Below are positions 40,480-52,572 of a stretch of DNA of 64,000 bases, piece after piece. Each line of letters begins with the position of its first letter. Within the stretch, counting starts at the first letter, position 1. The stretch is from positions 69,145 through 133,144 of the forward strand of contig QCOL01000001.1 of NCBI GenBank assembly GCA_003212925.1. The letters are read 5' to 3'. The notes beneath the pieces were generated by a model. It searched no databases and was not told where the DNA came from. It saw only the letters and a list, made by a program, of their open reading frames with translations. The position numbers and the translations under genes were made by a program. This stretch comes from Pelagibacteraceae bacterium AG-430-P08. Lineage in GTDB: Bacteria > Pseudomonadota > Alphaproteobacteria > Pelagibacterales > Pelagibacteraceae.

Positions 40480-41812
40480 TATTCAAAAAATACCCAATAA
40501 ACATTAGAACTGCAATTCCCATAAACCAATTTGTTACTAAAATCGTATAAAAAATATCCTCATAATCCCCTCCTTTAATATTAATTACATACCATAAACT
40601 TAAAAATGGGAGAGCTGTTAATCTAAGAATACTTAGATAAAGACTGTACAATGGTTTTTTCACTGCTTGGAATACTGCAGTGGTTATAAAAAAAACAGGA
40701 TAAATTGGGCCAATTAATGCAGCAACTTTTAAATATATCGCACCATGCTTTATTGCCTCTTGGTTATCAGTAAATAATGAAACTAAAAACTCTGCACCTA
40801 AAAATATTATTATTCCTGCAGATATCATAAAAGATGATCCAAACATTAAAGCTTTTCTGTATAATTCTCTCAATCTATCATAATTTTTTGCACCAAAATT
40901 TTGTCCCCCAATTGATAATACCGCTGTATTTAATCCAATTACAGGAAGTAGAAAAACTTGTTCAATTCTAAGAGCAGCACCATAACCAGCAGTAGCTAAA
41001 TCTCCAAATTGACCAATGAAGTAAAGGATGTTGAACAAACCAACACCAATCAACAACATGCTAAACATCACAGGAATCGTCTGATACAAGAGTTCACCAA
41101 GAAGATCAAATTTTGGAATAAAACACTCAGGCTTAAGATATTGTTTTAATTCACAACAATAAACTTTATATGCTAAATACAAAAGACCAACAAACTGAGC
41201 CACTACAGTAGCTATTGCAAGTCCAGCTATACCAAATGCTGGAATAAAACTATAACCAAAAATAAATAATGGATTTAGAACAATATTTAAAAAGAAACTA
41301 AAAATTAAAACGTTTCTGTAACTTTTTGTATCCCCTTGCGCATTTAGAGTTCCATTTAAAGAGATTTGTATCAAAACAATTATAGTTCCATAAAAAATTA
41401 CATCTAGATATTTTCTAGTTAATATAATTGCCTCTTGGTCTGATCCCATAAGAGAAAGTAAAAAATCTGAAACATTTAAACCAAAAAAAGTAACTAGTAT
41501 GGATAAAAAGATTGCAAAAATAATTGATTGAGCAACAAATAATGACGCCTTCTTTTTATTATTAGCCCCTATATTATTTCCAATTAAAGTATTAGTTCCA
41601 GCAGTTAATCCAACACCTATTGCAATAATAGTAAAATAAATTGGAAAAGATTTTGCGATCGCTGCTATTGCTTCAGCAGATATTCTTCCTGCGAACCATG
41701 TGTCTACTAGATTGTAAAAAGTTTGAAATAATGAACCAACACTTGCTGGAATAGTAACTTTTCTCAATAAAAACCATATTGGATCTTTAGTTAATTTGAA
41801 AGATTGTGACAA
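40442..41812 (-). CDS. MATE family efflux transporter
   Basis: YNLVDTWFAG, GDTK, LNPLFI.G, GLAIAT, GQNFGA; about 12 TM helices. Confidence 0.9.
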   Translation of the reverse strand: MSQSFKLTKDPIWFLLRKVTIPASVGSLFQTFYNLVDTWFAGRISAEAIAAIAKSFPIYFTIIAIGVGLTAGTNTLIGNNIGANNKKKASLFVAQSIIFAIFLSILVTFFGLNVSDFLLSLMGSDQEAIILTRKYLDVIFYGTIIVLIQISLNGTLNAQGDTKSYRNVLIFSFFLNIVLNPLFIFGYSFIPAFGIAGLAIATVVAQFVGLLYLAYKVYCCELKQYLKPECFIPKFDLLGELLYQTIPVMFSMLLIGVGLFNILYFIGQFGDLATAGYGAALRIEQVFLLPVIGLNTAVLSIGGQNFGAKNYDRLRELYRKALMFGSSFMISAGIIIFLGAEFLVSLFTDNQEAIKHGAIYLKVAALIGPIYPVFFITTAVFQAVKKPLYSLYLSILRLTALPFLSLWYVINIKGGDYEDIFYTILVTNWFMGIAVLMFIGYFLNNVFKQKKSLFTY

Positions 41813-41820
41813 ATAAATCC

Positions 41821-42729
41821 TTAGTTAAATTCTTTTTGAAAATTATATTTTTTTCCTGATAGCTTTGCCTTGTATATCTGACTTTGTCTCATTCTAAAAC
41901 GAGATTTTTGGTTTTTTGAGAGTTTATCAAAACAATTAGGACAAGTTACACCCTCCTCATATTTTTTAGATTTTTTATCTTTAATCGAGATTGGTTGTCT
42001 GCATCCACCACAAATTGAATAGGTTCCTTGTACTAATCCGTGTTTTAAACTTACTCGGTTATCGAATACAAAACATTCGCCTTTCCATAAACTTTTTTTT
42101 GGTTTGATTTTTTTTAAGTAATTCAAAATTCCACCCTTTAATTGATAAATATTTTTAAAACCTTTTCTTTCTAAAAATACAGAGGCTTTTTCACACCTAA
42201 TTCCACCAGTGCAAAACATTGCTATTGGCTGATCTTTTTTTAACTTTTTTAAGTATTTAGGGAAATCTCTAAAGTTACTTATATTTGGATTTACTGATTT
42301 TTTAAAAGAACCAACTTTATGTTCAAAAGGTTTTCTTGCATCTAATAAAAGAGTTTCTTTTTTTTCAATTAATTTATTCCATTTTGTTGGATCAATATGA
42401 GTATTCTTTTTTGCGATCATATTCGAGATTTTAAGATCCATTGGAACAACTTCACTTTTAATTTTCACTTTAGGTTTATGAAAAGGTTTAAATTTACTTA
42501 TTGAATTATTGACACTATCAAATTCTTTAATATTCAAAATTTTTTTTAATCTAATAATTGTAGTTTTAATATCTTTATTCATTCCAGAAATAGATCCATT
42601 TAAACCCTCTTTGGATATGATAATTGATCCATTAATATTTTTATTAGTTAAAAGATTACTCAATATTTTTTGATTTTTTTTTAAATCATTTATTTTTTGA
42701 AATTTATAAAAACCAAATACAGTGAACAT
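41821..42729 (-). CDS. trhO: rhodanese-domain tRNA U34 hydroxylase (UPF0176)
   Basis: EGLNG, FCTGGIRCEKA, GGILNY, CFVFDNR. Confidence 0.88.
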   Translation of the reverse strand: MFTVFGFYKFQKINDLKKNQKILSNLLTNKNINGSIIISKEGLNGSISGMNKDIKTTIIRLKKILNIKEFDSVNNSISKFKPFHKPKVKIKSEVVPMDLKISNMIAKKNTHIDPTKWNKLIEKKETLLLDARKPFEHKVGSFKKSVNPNISNFRDFPKYLKKLKKDQPIAMFCTGGIRCEKASVFLERKGFKNIYQLKGGILNYLKKIKPKKSLWKGECFVFDNRVSLKHGLVQGTYSICGGCRQPISIKDKKSKKYEEGVTCPNCFDKLSKNQKSRFRMRQSQIYKAKLSGKKYNFQKEFN

Positions 42730-43379
42730 TAAATCTTCCTACAAACAGTCATTCCATCACCAAAAGGTACCATGACCTTTTCAATCCTTGTATCCTTAGA
42801 GATAAAATCATTCAAATCTCTAATACTTTTTGTAATTTTATCATTTATATCTTTGTTAACAACTTCCCCATGCCATAATACATTATCAATTATCACTAAA
42901 CCCTCTTTATTCAATAAATCTAAAGAAATTTCATAATATTTTTTATAATTCATTTTATCTGCATCTATAAAAACTAAGTCAAATTTTTCATTTCTTATAC
43001 TCATTAAAGTTTCTAATGCTGGTTTAATCATTGTTTTAATCTTATGATCTTGATTGGCCTTTTTAAAAAAGCTTTGTGCAACTTTGGTTGTTTCCACATT
43101 TTTATCTAATGCAATTATACTGCCTTCATCTGGTAAGGCTAAAGCCATGGATAATGTACTTAAACCTGTAAAAGTTCCTATCTCTAGGACTTTTTTAATT
43201 TTAGAAACTTTAATAATCAGATGTAGAAATTGACATTGAGAAATAGATATTTGCATTCTTTTTGAATCACCAAGAGATAGGTTGTAATCTATTATTTCTT
43301 TTTGAATTGGATGTAATTTCAAACCATTCTTTAGAATATAATCTTGTAAATGTTTTGTGATATTAAGGTCTGAACCCAT
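42729..43379 (-). CDS. caffeoyl-CoA-type O-methyltransferase family protein
   Basis: LEIGTFTGLS, FIDADK, DNVLWHG, GDG. Confidence 0.88.
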   Translation of the reverse strand: MGSDLNITKHLQDYILKNGLKLHPIQKEIIDYNLSLGDSKRMQISISQCQFLHLIIKVSKIKKVLEIGTFTGLSTLSMALALPDEGSIIALDKNVETTKVAQSFFKKANQDHKIKTMIKPALETLMSIRNEKFDLVFIDADKMNYKKYYEISLDLLNKEGLVIIDNVLWHGEVVNKDINDKITKSIRDLNDFISKDTRIEKVMVPFGDGMTVCRKI

Positions 43380-43383
43380 AACC

Positions 43384-44859
43384 TTATAATTTTTTCTTTA
43401 GGATCTCATTTATTAATTGAGGGTTAGCTTTTCCACCTGAGGCCTTCATTGCTTGACCAACAAAAAAACCAAATAATTTTTCTTTACCTTGTTTATATTC
43501 AATGGCTTTTTCTCTATTGTCGTTAATTATTTTGTCAATTAATGCCTCTAAAGCTTTTGGATCACTTTGTTGTTTTAATCCTTTTTCCTCAACAATTTTT
43601 TGTGGATCTTTATCACCATCTATCATCAATTCAAAAACAGTTTTTGCTATCTTTCCTGAAATCGTTCCATTCTTAATTAAATTTATCAATATGGCAAAAT
43701 TCTTAGCACTCACTGGACTTTGAGAAATTTCTAAACCTTTGCTATTTAAAACAGCAAATAGTTCTCCTGTAATCCAATTGACTGCTAACTTAATATCTTT
43801 ATTCTTACCCATTTTTGCTACAACTTCTTCAAAATATTTTGCTGTATCAATATCAGAAACTAAAATATTTGCTTCATAAGGAGACAATCTAAACTCTTCA
43901 ATAAATCTTTTCTTTTTATCATCTGGTAATTCTGGGATATCATTTTTAAGTTCTTCAATAAATTTTTCCGAAACCTCCAAAGGTAATAAATCAGGGTCCG
44001 GAAAATATCTATAATCATGAGCGTCTTCTTTTGATCTCATTGACCTTGTCTCATTTTTCTTCGTATCAAAAAGCCTTGTTTCTTGATCAATAGTTTTGCC
44101 CTCTTCTATTAAATCAACTTGCCTATTAGCCTCATATTCTATCGCCATTTGCATAAACTTAATTGAATTAACATTTTTAATTTCACATCGAGTACCGAAT
44201 TCTTTTGAGCCCTTTGGTCTTACAGAAACATTCACATCAGCTCTTAAAGAGCCCTCTTGCATATTTCCATCACAAGTTCCTAAATATCTCATTATAGATC
44301 GCAATTTTTTAATGTAAGCATTAACCTCATCTGGGGATCTTAGATCAGGCTTGCTCACTATTTCCATTAAAGCTACCCCTGATCTGTTTAAATCAACAAA
44401 GGTATTTTGTGGGTCAAGATCATGTATACTTTTTCCAGCATCTTGTTCTAGGTGTAATCTTTCTATACCAACTTCTTTTTGACCATTAGGCATATCCAAA
44501 ATAACTTTTCCCTCACCTACTATAGGATCTTTAAATTGTGATATTTGATATCCTTGAGGTAAATCAGCATAAAAATAATTTTTTCTATCAAATACTGAAC
44601 GTTTATTAATTTTTGCGTTAAGGCCAATGCCAGTTTTAATTGCTTGTTTGACACAAAATTCGTTTATTACTGGTAACATTCCTGGAAATGCAGCATCAAC
44701 TAAACTAACCTGTGTATTAGGTTCCGCTCCAAATTTGGTTGCTGAAGTAGAAAATAATTTAGATTCAGATAAAACTTGAGCATGAACCTCTAAACCAATT
44801 ACTACCTCATACTGATTATCTTTTCGATTGATCAAATATTCTGAATCTTTTTTACTCAT
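43384..44859 (-). CDS. gatB: Asp/Glu-tRNA amidotransferase subunit B
   Basis: [27 protein letters not shown]; start set at the ATG overlapping the gatA stop. Confidence 0.97.
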   Translation of the reverse strand: MSKKDSEYLINRKDNQYEVVIGLEVHAQVLSESKLFSTSATKFGAEPNTQVSLVDAAFPGMLPVINEFCVKQAIKTGIGLNAKINKRSVFDRKNYFYADLPQGYQISQFKDPIVGEGKVILDMPNGQKEVGIERLHLEQDAGKSIHDLDPQNTFVDLNRSGVALMEIVSKPDLRSPDEVNAYIKKLRSIMRYLGTCDGNMQEGSLRADVNVSVRPKGSKEFGTRCEIKNVNSIKFMQMAIEYEANRQVDLIEEGKTIDQETRLFDTKKNETRSMRSKEDAHDYRYFPDPDLLPLEVSEKFIEELKNDIPELPDDKKKRFIEEFRLSPYEANILVSDIDTAKYFEEVVAKMGKNKDIKLAVNWITGELFAVLNSKGLEISQSPVSAKNFAILINLIKNGTISGKIAKTVFELMIDGDKDPQKIVEEKGLKQQSDPKALEALIDKIINDNREKAIEYKQGKEKLFGFFVGQAMKASGGKANPQLINEILKKKL

Positions 44860-46313
44860 TTTATCCACCAATCGGTAATTTTGTTTTTAAAATTGATCTT
44901 TTCTTCCATAGCATAAGCTATATTCAGTATATTTTGTTCATCAAAAGCTTTGCCAATAATTTGTAAACCTAAAGGATAACCTTTTGAATCATGTCCTGCA
45001 GGTATTGAGATGCCTGGAAGTCCAGCTAAGTTAACAGGCACTGTAAATATATCATTAAGATACATTGAAACTGGGTCATTCGTTTTTTCACCTATTTTGA
45101 ATGCTGAGCTAGGTGTTGATGGAGTTAAAATTGCATCAACTTTTTTATAAGCCTCATCAAAATCATTTTTGATAAGTTTCCTTACTTTTTGAGCTTTAAG
45201 ATAATACGCATCGTAATATCCAGAAGACAAAACATAAGTTCCAATCATAATTCTTCTTTGAACTTCAGCTCCAAAACCTTCTGATCTAGTTTTTTCGTAC
45301 ATATCGATTAAATTTTCACCTTTTGCTCTAAATCCATACTTTACACCATCATATCTTGCTAAGTTTGATGAAGCCTCTGCTGGAGCAACTATATAATATG
45401 TTGGTAAGGCATAACTTGTATTTGGGAGAGAAATATCAATAGTTTCAGCACCACAATCTTTAATATATTGAATACCTTTTTGCCAGAGATCTTCAATTTC
45501 TTTTGGCATACCGTCGACTCTATATTCTTTTGGTATTCCAATTTTTTTTCCTTTTATGTTATTTGTAAGTTCTTTGCTGTAATGATTTCTTTTAAATTCT
45601 ATTGAAGTAGAGTCTTTAGGATCATAGGAACTAATCACTTCATGTAATAAAGCACAATCTTTGACATTTTGTGCCATTGGTCCTGCTTGATCCAATGATG
45701 AAGCAAAAGCAACTATTCCATATCTTGAACAACTCCCGTAAGTAGGTTTTAATCCAACAATACCAGTGAAAGAAGCTGGTTGTCTAATTGATCCACCAGT
45801 ATCAGTACCAATTGTAACAGGAGTCAATTTTCCAGCCACCGCTGAGGCTGAACCACCAGATGATCCACCAGGAACTAAATTTTTGTCAATAGGACTTTGC
45901 ACATTACCAAAAAAACTTGTTTCATTTGATGAACCCATTGCAAACTCATCACAGTTTAGCTTACCCAGGAGTATTGCACCTTCATTCCAAATATTTTCTG
46001 TAACTGTTGACTCATAAGTTGGAACAAAATTATTTAAAATTTTACTACCAGCAGTTGTTTTAATATTTTTTGTACAAAATAAATCCTTAACTGCCATAGG
46101 AATACCAGGCAGTTTTAAATTAAAATTAGGTTTTTGATCGAATTTTTTCGCTTTATCTAAAGCCGATGTAAAGTCATTTGTAATATAAGCATTCAATTCT
46201 TTAGATTTTTCAGATCTATCAATAAATGCTTTGGTCACATCTGTTGAAGAAAGTTTTTTATTTTTAATATTTTCAATCAGTTCTGTAAGAGATTGTTTTG
46301 TAATATCTGACAT
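44856..46313 (-). CDS. gatA: Asp/Glu-tRNA amidotransferase subunit A
   Basis: Amidase signature [20 protein letters not shown]. Confidence 0.97.
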   Translation of the reverse strand: MSDITKQSLTELIENIKNKKLSSTDVTKAFIDRSEKSKELNAYITNDFTSALDKAKKFDQKPNFNLKLPGIPMAVKDLFCTKNIKTTAGSKILNNFVPTYESTVTENIWNEGAILLGKLNCDEFAMGSSNETSFFGNVQSPIDKNLVPGGSSGGSASAVAGKLTPVTIGTDTGGSIRQPASFTGIVGLKPTYGSCSRYGIVAFASSLDQAGPMAQNVKDCALLHEVISSYDPKDSTSIEFKRNHYSKELTNNIKGKKIGIPKEYRVDGMPKEIEDLWQKGIQYIKDCGAETIDISLPNTSYALPTYYIVAPAEASSNLARYDGVKYGFRAKGENLIDMYEKTRSEGFGAEVQRRIMIGTYVLSSGYYDAYYLKAQKVRKLIKNDFDEAYKKVDAILTPSTPSSAFKIGEKTNDPVSMYLNDIFTVPVNLAGLPGISIPAGHDSKGYPLGLQIIGKAFDEQNILNIAYAMEEKINFKNKITDWWIK

Positions 46314-46600
46314 TATTCGATTACCTTAGGTACTACAAAATAATCCTCGTTATCCTGAGGAGAATTTTTTATAATTTGTTCTCTAATATTTTTACTTTTT
46401 ACTTCGTCGGATCTTAGTTTTAAGGTTGTTTCTGCAATAGAAGTTAATGGTTCTACATTGTCAGTTTTTAATTCATTAAGTTTTTCAATAAAATCAAAAA
46501 TAGAATTTAAATCACCAGCTAATTTTTCAGCTCTTTGCTCATCAACTGAAATTCTTGCCAATTTAGATATATGTTTTATTGTTTTAAGATCTATACTCAT
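46313..46600 (-). CDS. gatC: Asp/Glu-tRNA amidotransferase subunit C
   Basis: KLARI, VEPL, FVVPKVIE; operon position. Confidence 0.95.
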   Translation of the reverse strand: MSIDLKTIKHISKLARISVDEQRAEKLAGDLNSIFDFIEKLNELKTDNVEPLTSIAETTLKLRSDEVKSKNIREQIIKNSPQDNEDYFVVPKVIE

Positions 46601-46650
46601 ATGCTATTTAAATAAGAGGCAAAGTATCACTTAAGTTTAAAATATACAAT

Positions 46651-47106
46651 ATGATCACTTTAGAGGAATTTAAAAAAAAACACTCAGATAAGTGTAGATT
46701 GATAGGTTTAGACCTTGGATCTAAAAGAATTGGTGTGTCAATCTGTGATGACAAGCAACTAATAGCCACTCCATTAAAAACGATAAATAGAAATTCGTTG
46801 GAAGACCTTGTTGATGAACTAAAATTAATTATCAATGAAAATGATATAAAAGGAATCATTGTCGGAAATCCTTTGAATATGGATGGATCCTCAGGTAGGT
46901 CAGCTCAATCAGTAAAAGATACTACTGAAAATATTGAAAAAAACTTAGATATTCCAATTTGTCTCTGGGATGAGAGACTCTCAACTGTTGGTGCTTTTAA
47001 TCTGTCTAGCCTATTAGATATTAATGTGAGTAAAAGAGAAAAAAAGATAGATGAAAATGCTGCTGCTTTTATATTACAAGGAGCTTTAGATTTTTTGAAT
47101 AATTAA
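46651..47106 (+). CDS. ruvX: Holliday junction resolvase-like RuvX/YqgF
   Basis: GLDLGSKRIGVS, WDERLST, AAAFILQ. Confidence 0.93.
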   Translation: MITLEEFKKKHSDKCRLIGLDLGSKRIGVSICDDKQLIATPLKTINRNSLEDLVDELKLIINENDIKGIIVGNPLNMDGSSGRSAQSVKDTTENIEKNLDIPICLWDERLSTVGAFNLSSLLDINVSKREKKIDENAAAFILQGALDFLNN

Positions 47107-47148
47107 TACTTGCTATTATAGAGGTTTATAGTTATAGAGTTGGTTTTA

Positions 47149-48090
47149 ATGGCAATTAAAACAAATCAGGCTGTTAAAATTTCTCAAAAACATCTATTAG
47201 GAATTCAAGATTTATCGATTAATGATGTTAACTTAATACTTCATGAGGCAAATTCTTTTATAAAAGTAAATCAAAGTAAAAATAAGAAAGTTGATATTTT
47301 AAGAGGTAAAACTCAAATTAATTTATTTTTTGAACCTTCCACTAGAACTCAAAGCTCCTTTGAATTAGCTGGTAAAAGACTTGGGGCTGATGTTATGTCA
47401 ATGAATATTAACAACTCAGCAATTAAAAAAGGCGAAACATTAATAGATACAGCAATGACATTAAATGCAATGCATCCTGATATCATTGTAATTAGACATC
47501 AAGATTCTGGAGCATGTAATCTACTTTCACAAAAAGTAAACTGTGCAGTTCTTAATGCTGGTGATGGAAGAAGAGAGCACCCTACTCAGGCTTTATTAGA
47601 TGCATTAACAATTATTACTCGTAAAAAAAAAATACAAGGATTAAAAATAGCAATCTGTGGAGATATACTTCATTCAAGAGTTGCTAGATCAAATATTTAT
47701 TTACTTAGCATGTTAGGAGCAGAAGTGAACATAATTGCTCCAACAAATCTTATGCCAAAAGAAATTGAAAAGTTTGGTGTTAATACTTTCACAGACATGA
47801 AAAAAGGATTGAAAGATTGTGATATTGTTATGATGTTGAGATTACAAAATGAACGAATGACAAGTTCATATCTTTCATCCAATAGAGAATATTATGAATA
47901 TTACGGATTAACTCCCGATAAATTAGAACATGCCAAATCAGATGCTTTAATTATGCATCCTGGTCCTATGAACAGAGGTATAGAAATAGATACAATGCTA
48001 GCAGATGATATCAACAAAAGTGTGATTAAAGAGCAAGTTGAATTAGGTGTTGCTGTGAGGATGGCTTGTCTTAAAATATTTTGTACATAA
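47149..48090 (+). CDS. pyrB: aspartate carbamoyltransferase catalytic subunit
   Basis: [27 protein letters not shown]. Confidence 0.97.
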   Translation: MAIKTNQAVKISQKHLLGIQDLSINDVNLILHEANSFIKVNQSKNKKVDILRGKTQINLFFEPSTRTQSSFELAGKRLGADVMSMNINNSAIKKGETLIDTAMTLNAMHPDIIVIRHQDSGACNLLSQKVNCAVLNAGDGRREHPTQALLDALTIITRKKKIQGLKIAICGDILHSRVARSNIYLLSMLGAEVNIIAPTNLMPKEIEKFGVNTFTDMKKGLKDCDIVMMLRLQNERMTSSYLSSNREYYEYYGLTPDKLEHAKSDALIMHPGPMNRGIEIDTMLADDINKSVIKEQVELGVAVRMACLKIFCT

Positions 48091-49376
48091 TGAAAAAACA
48101 ATATTTTATAAACGCAAATATAATTGATCCTTATAACTCCATGAATGAGAATGGGGGTCTGATTATAAGTGAAGATGGAAAAATTGAAGCCATAGGAAAA
48201 AAAGTAAATATTAATAATTTACCGAGTAGAGAGAAACCAATTGATTTAAAAGGTAAGTATATTTTTCCTGGATTGGTCGATATGCGAGTTTTTGTTGGTG
48301 AACCAGGCTATGAGTATAAAGAAAATTTTAGGACTCTGAGTAACGCTGCACTCTCAGGTGGTGTCACTTCAGTTGTAACAATGCCTAATACTGATCCAGT
48401 AATCGATAATGTTTCTATAGTCGACTTTCTAAAAAGAAGAGGAAGAGATAAATCAAAGATAAATATTTTTCCATGTGCTTCCTTAACAAAAAATGCTGAA
48501 GGTACAAATATGACTGAATTTGGCTTGTTACAAAATAAAGGAATAATTGCATTCACCGATGGTGTTAAAACAATTCAAAATCCAAGATTGATGTCTAGAA
48601 TAATGAACTCTGCTAAAGATTTGGGTAGTTTAATAATGCAGCACGCTGAAGATTATGAACTTGCAAAAAATGGTATGATTAACTCTGGAATAATTGCTTC
48701 AAAATTAGGTTTATCTGGTATACCTGAAATTGCTGAGCGTATTCTGATCGAGAGAGATTTAACATTACTGGAAAAGGTTAAATGTAGATATCATATCTCT
48801 CAATTGTCATCACAAAAGTCTGTCGAAGTAATTAAATCAAGAAAGGAAACAGTAAAATTCACATGTGGTGTTTCAGTTAATAACTTATCTTTAAATGAAA
48901 ACGACATAGGTGATTTCAAAACATTTTTGAAATTATCTCCGCCATTAAGAAGAGAAGAAGATAGACTAGCTTTAGTGCAAGGATTAAAAGATGATTTAAT
49001 TGATGTAATAGTCTCAGATCACAAACCTGAAGATGAAGAGTCAAAAAGATTAACATTTGCTCAAGCAGCAACTGGTGCGTCAGGGATAGAAACTCTGCTA
49101 TCTCTAAGTTTAGAATTATATCATAACGGATCACTCAAATTAGAGACAATAATTAGAGCATTAACATCAAACCCTGCTAAAATATTAAAAATAAATAAAG
49201 GAAATTTATCTATTGGTAATGATGCAGATCTCTGTATTGTAGATATAGATAAACCTTGGATTGTAAAAAAAGATAAGCTTATATCAAAATCAAAAAATAC
49301 ATCTATAGAGGATAAAAAACTTCAAGGCAAAGTCACAAATACATTTGTAAACGGTAAAGAATTATTTAAGCTATAG
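48090..49376 (+). CDS. pyrC: dihydroorotase-like protein (PyrC'-type)
   Basis: PGLVDMRVF.GEPG, MPNT, PPLR, SDHKP; follows pyrB; HxH metal motif replaced. Confidence 0.85.
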   Translation: MKKQYFINANIIDPYNSMNENGGLIISEDGKIEAIGKKVNINNLPSREKPIDLKGKYIFPGLVDMRVFVGEPGYEYKENFRTLSNAALSGGVTSVVTMPNTDPVIDNVSIVDFLKRRGRDKSKINIFPCASLTKNAEGTNMTEFGLLQNKGIIAFTDGVKTIQNPRLMSRIMNSAKDLGSLIMQHAEDYELAKNGMINSGIIASKLGLSGIPEIAERILIERDLTLLEKVKCRYHISQLSSQKSVEVIKSRKETVKFTCGVSVNNLSLNENDIGDFKTFLKLSPPLRREEDRLALVQGLKDDLIDVIVSDHKPEDEESKRLTFAQAATGASGIETLLSLSLELYHNGSLKLETIIRALTSNPAKILKINKGNLSIGNDADLCIVDIDKPWIVKKDKLISKSKNTSIEDKKLQGKVTNTFVNGKELFKL

Positions 49377-49377
49377 T

Positions 49378-49956
49378 ATGGACACTTTTATCATATGTAT
49401 AATTTCATATTTGATGGGTTCAATTCCATTTGGATTAATACTAACAAAAATTTTTTTGAAAAAAGATATAAGAGACATTGGATCTGGAAATATTGGAGCT
49501 ACAAATGTACTTAGAGCTGGTAACAAGAAAGTTGGTTACATCACGTTATCTCTTGATATTTTAAAAGCTGTTATCCCTGTAATATTTGTTAAAATTTATC
49601 ACACAGATTTCTTATATTTGGCATCATTATGTGCATTTATAGGTCATGTGTTTCCTGTATGGCTCAAATTTAAAGGAGGGAAAGGTGTTGCAACATACGT
49701 TGGTATTCTATTTGCTATAAATATTTATTTTGGAATTATCTTTGCTTTATCTTGGTTTGTAATTTTTGCTATAACAAAGTTTTCATCTTTATCGTCATTG
49801 ATTGCTTCTATAACAATTCCTGTTTATTTACTGATCACAGGTCAATTTAAAGATATATTTTTTTTTATAATCATGTTTGTATTAATATTTTTCACCCATC
49901 GAGAAAATATTAAAAGATTGAAAAATAAAGAAGAAACTAAGACTAAAATTTATTAG
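49378..49956 (+). CDS. plsY: glycerol-3-phosphate acyltransferase
   Basis: GSGNIGATN, GHVFP, FKGGKGVAT, HRENI. Confidence 0.95.
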   Translation: MDTFIICIISYLMGSIPFGLILTKIFLKKDIRDIGSGNIGATNVLRAGNKKVGYITLSLDILKAVIPVIFVKIYHTDFLYLASLCAFIGHVFPVWLKFKGGKGVATYVGILFAINIYFGIIFALSWFVIFAITKFSSLSSLIASITIPVYLLITGQFKDIFFFIIMFVLIFFTHRENIKRLKNKEETKTKIY

Positions 49957-49992
49957 TTTGACTATCTAACTCTTTTAGGTAGTTTGTCTTTT

Positions 49993-52572
49993 ATGAACTT
50001 GGTCATTGTAGAAAGTCCAGCTAAAGCCAAAACTATCAATAAATATTTAGGTGATGATTATAAAGTATTAGCTAGTTATGGGCATATTAGAGATTTACCT
50101 TCTAAGAATGGTTCTGTTGATCCAGATCAAGATTTTAAAATGGAATGGGAAATTGATAGCTTTTCAAAAAAATATCTTAAAGAAATTACTGATGCAGCCA
50201 AAGATTCTTCAAAAATTATATTAGCTACAGATCCTGATCGTGAGGGAGAAGCGATAGCTTGGCATGTAAAAGAGTATCTAAATGAAAAAAAACTTCTTAA
50301 AGATAAAGAAATAGAAAGAGTTGTTTTTAATGAAATTACAAAAAAAGCAGTAATTCATGGAATTGAAAATCCAAGACAAATTGAACCGCTTTTAGTTGAT
50401 GCTTACATGGCTCGGAGAGCTTTAGATTACTTGGTTGGCTTTAATATTTCACCAATTTTATGGACAAAACTTCCAGGCTCTAAATCTGCAGGAAGAGTTC
50501 AATCTGTAGCTTTAAAATTGATAACTGAAAGAGAACATGAAATTGAGTCCTTTAAGCCAGATGAATTTTGGACTTTAAGTGTCAAATTTAAAGATGAAAA
50601 AAATCAAAATATCCTTGCAAGTATTAGTCAGCTAGATAACAATAAAATTGAAAAATTCTCTTTTAGAAATAAGGATGATATAAATAAAGCTATATCAAGT
50701 ATCAATCAAAAAAAATTTAGCGTTACTGATATAACTAGTAAAGTGGTAAATCGTAATCCATCAGGACCATTTACTACATCAACTCTTCAACAAACAGCTT
50801 CAAGTCGATTAGGGTTTGGTGCATCAAGAACTATGCAAATTGCTCAAAAGCTTTACCAAGGAGTCGAAATTGAGGGAGAAACCATAGGTTTGATAACTTA
50901 TATGAGAACAGATGGTACTAATTTATCAAAAGATGCTGTTGTGTCTTTTAGAGATTATATCAAAAAAGAAATTGGTAATGAATATTTACCTGAGAGTGCT
51001 TTAAATTACTCTGGCAAAAAAGCAAAAAATGCACAAGAGGCACATGAAGCAATAAGACCAACAGATGTTATCAGAACTCCACAAAGTGTAAAAAAATACC
51101 TAAGCACAGATCAAAATAAACTTTATGATTTAATATGGAGTAGAGCTTTATCTTCTCAAATGCAATCTGCTAAATTTGATAGAAATACTATAACGATTAC
51201 ATCAACTAATAATGATACAGTATGCAAAGCAAGTGGATCAGTTCTAAAATTTGATGGATTTTTAAAGATATATAATAATCAAGGTAAGGATGATGATGAA
51301 AACATTCTACCATCTGTTTCTAAAGGACTTGTAAATATTGAGTCTTTAATAGATGAACAACATTTTACACAACCCCCTCCAAGATATTCTGAGGCTAGCT
51401 TGGTAAAAAAACTAGAGGAATTAGGAATAGGAAGACCATCTACTTACGCAAGTATAATTTCTACAATAGCAAATAGAGGTTACGCGGAGATATTGAATAA
51501 AAGATTTTTTCCTACTGATAGAGGAAAACTTATTTCAGCTTTTCTAGAAAAATTGTTCTCAAAATATGTGGATTATAACTTTACTGCTGGTTTAGAGGAT
51601 CAATTAGACGAGATTACAACTGGTAAAGAAAGCTGGATAAAAGTTTTGGAGCTGTTCTGGAAAGATTTCAATAGTAATGTGGCAGAAGTAAAGGAAAAAA
51701 GAACAAGAGAGGTCTTAGATCTTTTAAATGATAGTTTAGGAGATTTGGTTTTTGATAAAGATGATAAAGGAAATATTGTTAGAAAGTGTCAATTATGTAA
51801 TTCAGGAACACTAAGCTTAAAAAATAGCTTTAGAGGTGGTGCGTTTATTGGTTGTTCAAATTACCCTGAATGTAAATTTACAAGACCTTTGTCAAAAGCT
51901 AAAGCAGCGGCACAAGCACAGTTAGCTGAACCAAAATTTATTGGAAAACATAAGAACGGCAACGATATATATCTTAAAAATGGAAGATTCGGTCCATATT
52001 TGCAATTTGAAAAAATTCCAGAAGATATAGAAATTGAAAAAACATCAAAGAAAAAAAAGAAAACAAAAAAAATTAAATCAGATGTAAATGAACTTTTAAA
52101 AAATGTTTCTATTCCAAAGGGTTTGGAACTAGAGAGTATAGATTTAGAAAAAGCACAATTTTTATGCTCCCTACCAAAATCCTTAGGAATAAATCCTGAT
52201 AATCAAAAAGAAATTACTTTAAACACTGGTAGATTTGGTCCTTATCTAAAGTGTGAAAATAAATCAGCTCGAATAGAAAATATTGAAGAAATTTTCTCTA
52301 TTGGTCTAAATAGAGCGATAACATTAATTGCTGAGGCTAAACCAGGGAGAATGTCTTCTTCAATGATCAAAGATTTAGGTGAACACCCTGAAGATAAAAA
52401 ACCAGTTAGAATTATGAAGGGACAATACGGACCATATATCAAATATAAATCTCTAAATGCGACAATACCTGAGGAAAAGGATCCAACAGAACTTACAATG
52501 GAAGAGGCGTTAATATTGATTGAGAAAAGAAAAGAATACGATAAAACAAAAAAGAAAAAAAAGAAGAAATGA
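49993..52572 (+). CDS. topA: DNA topoisomerase I
   Basis: IVESPAK, DPDREGE, SAGRVQS, ITYMRTD, Zn finger and C-terminal GRFGPY repeats. Confidence 0.97.
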   Translation: MNLVIVESPAKAKTINKYLGDDYKVLASYGHIRDLPSKNGSVDPDQDFKMEWEIDSFSKKYLKEITDAAKDSSKIILATDPDREGEAIAWHVKEYLNEKKLLKDKEIERVVFNEITKKAVIHGIENPRQIEPLLVDAYMARRALDYLVGFNISPILWTKLPGSKSAGRVQSVALKLITEREHEIESFKPDEFWTLSVKFKDEKNQNILASISQLDNNKIEKFSFRNKDDINKAISSINQKKFSVTDITSKVVNRNPSGPFTTSTLQQTASSRLGFGASRTMQIAQKLYQGVEIEGETIGLITYMRTDGTNLSKDAVVSFRDYIKKEIGNEYLPESALNYSGKKAKNAQEAHEAIRPTDVIRTPQSVKKYLSTDQNKLYDLIWSRALSSQMQSAKFDRNTITITSTNNDTVCKASGSVLKFDGFLKIYNNQGKDDDENILPSVSKGLVNIESLIDEQHFTQPPPRYSEASLVKKLEELGIGRPSTYASIISTIANRGYAEILNKRFFPTDRGKLISAFLEKLFSKYVDYNFTAGLEDQLDEITTGKESWIKVLELFWKDFNSNVAEVKEKRTREVLDLLNDSLGDLVFDKDDKGNIVRKCQLCNSGTLSLKNSFRGGAFIGCSNYPECKFTRPLSKAKAAAQAQLAEPKFIGKHKNGNDIYLKNGRFGPYLQFEKIPEDIEIEKTSKKKKKTKKIKSDVNELLKNVSIPKGLELESIDLEKAQFLCSLPKSLGINPDNQKEITLNTGRFGPYLKCENKSARIENIEEIFSIGLNRAITLIAEAKPGRMSSSMIKDLGEHPEDKKPVRIMKGQYGPYIKYKSLNATIPEEKDPTELTMEEALILIEKRKEYDKTKKKKKKK

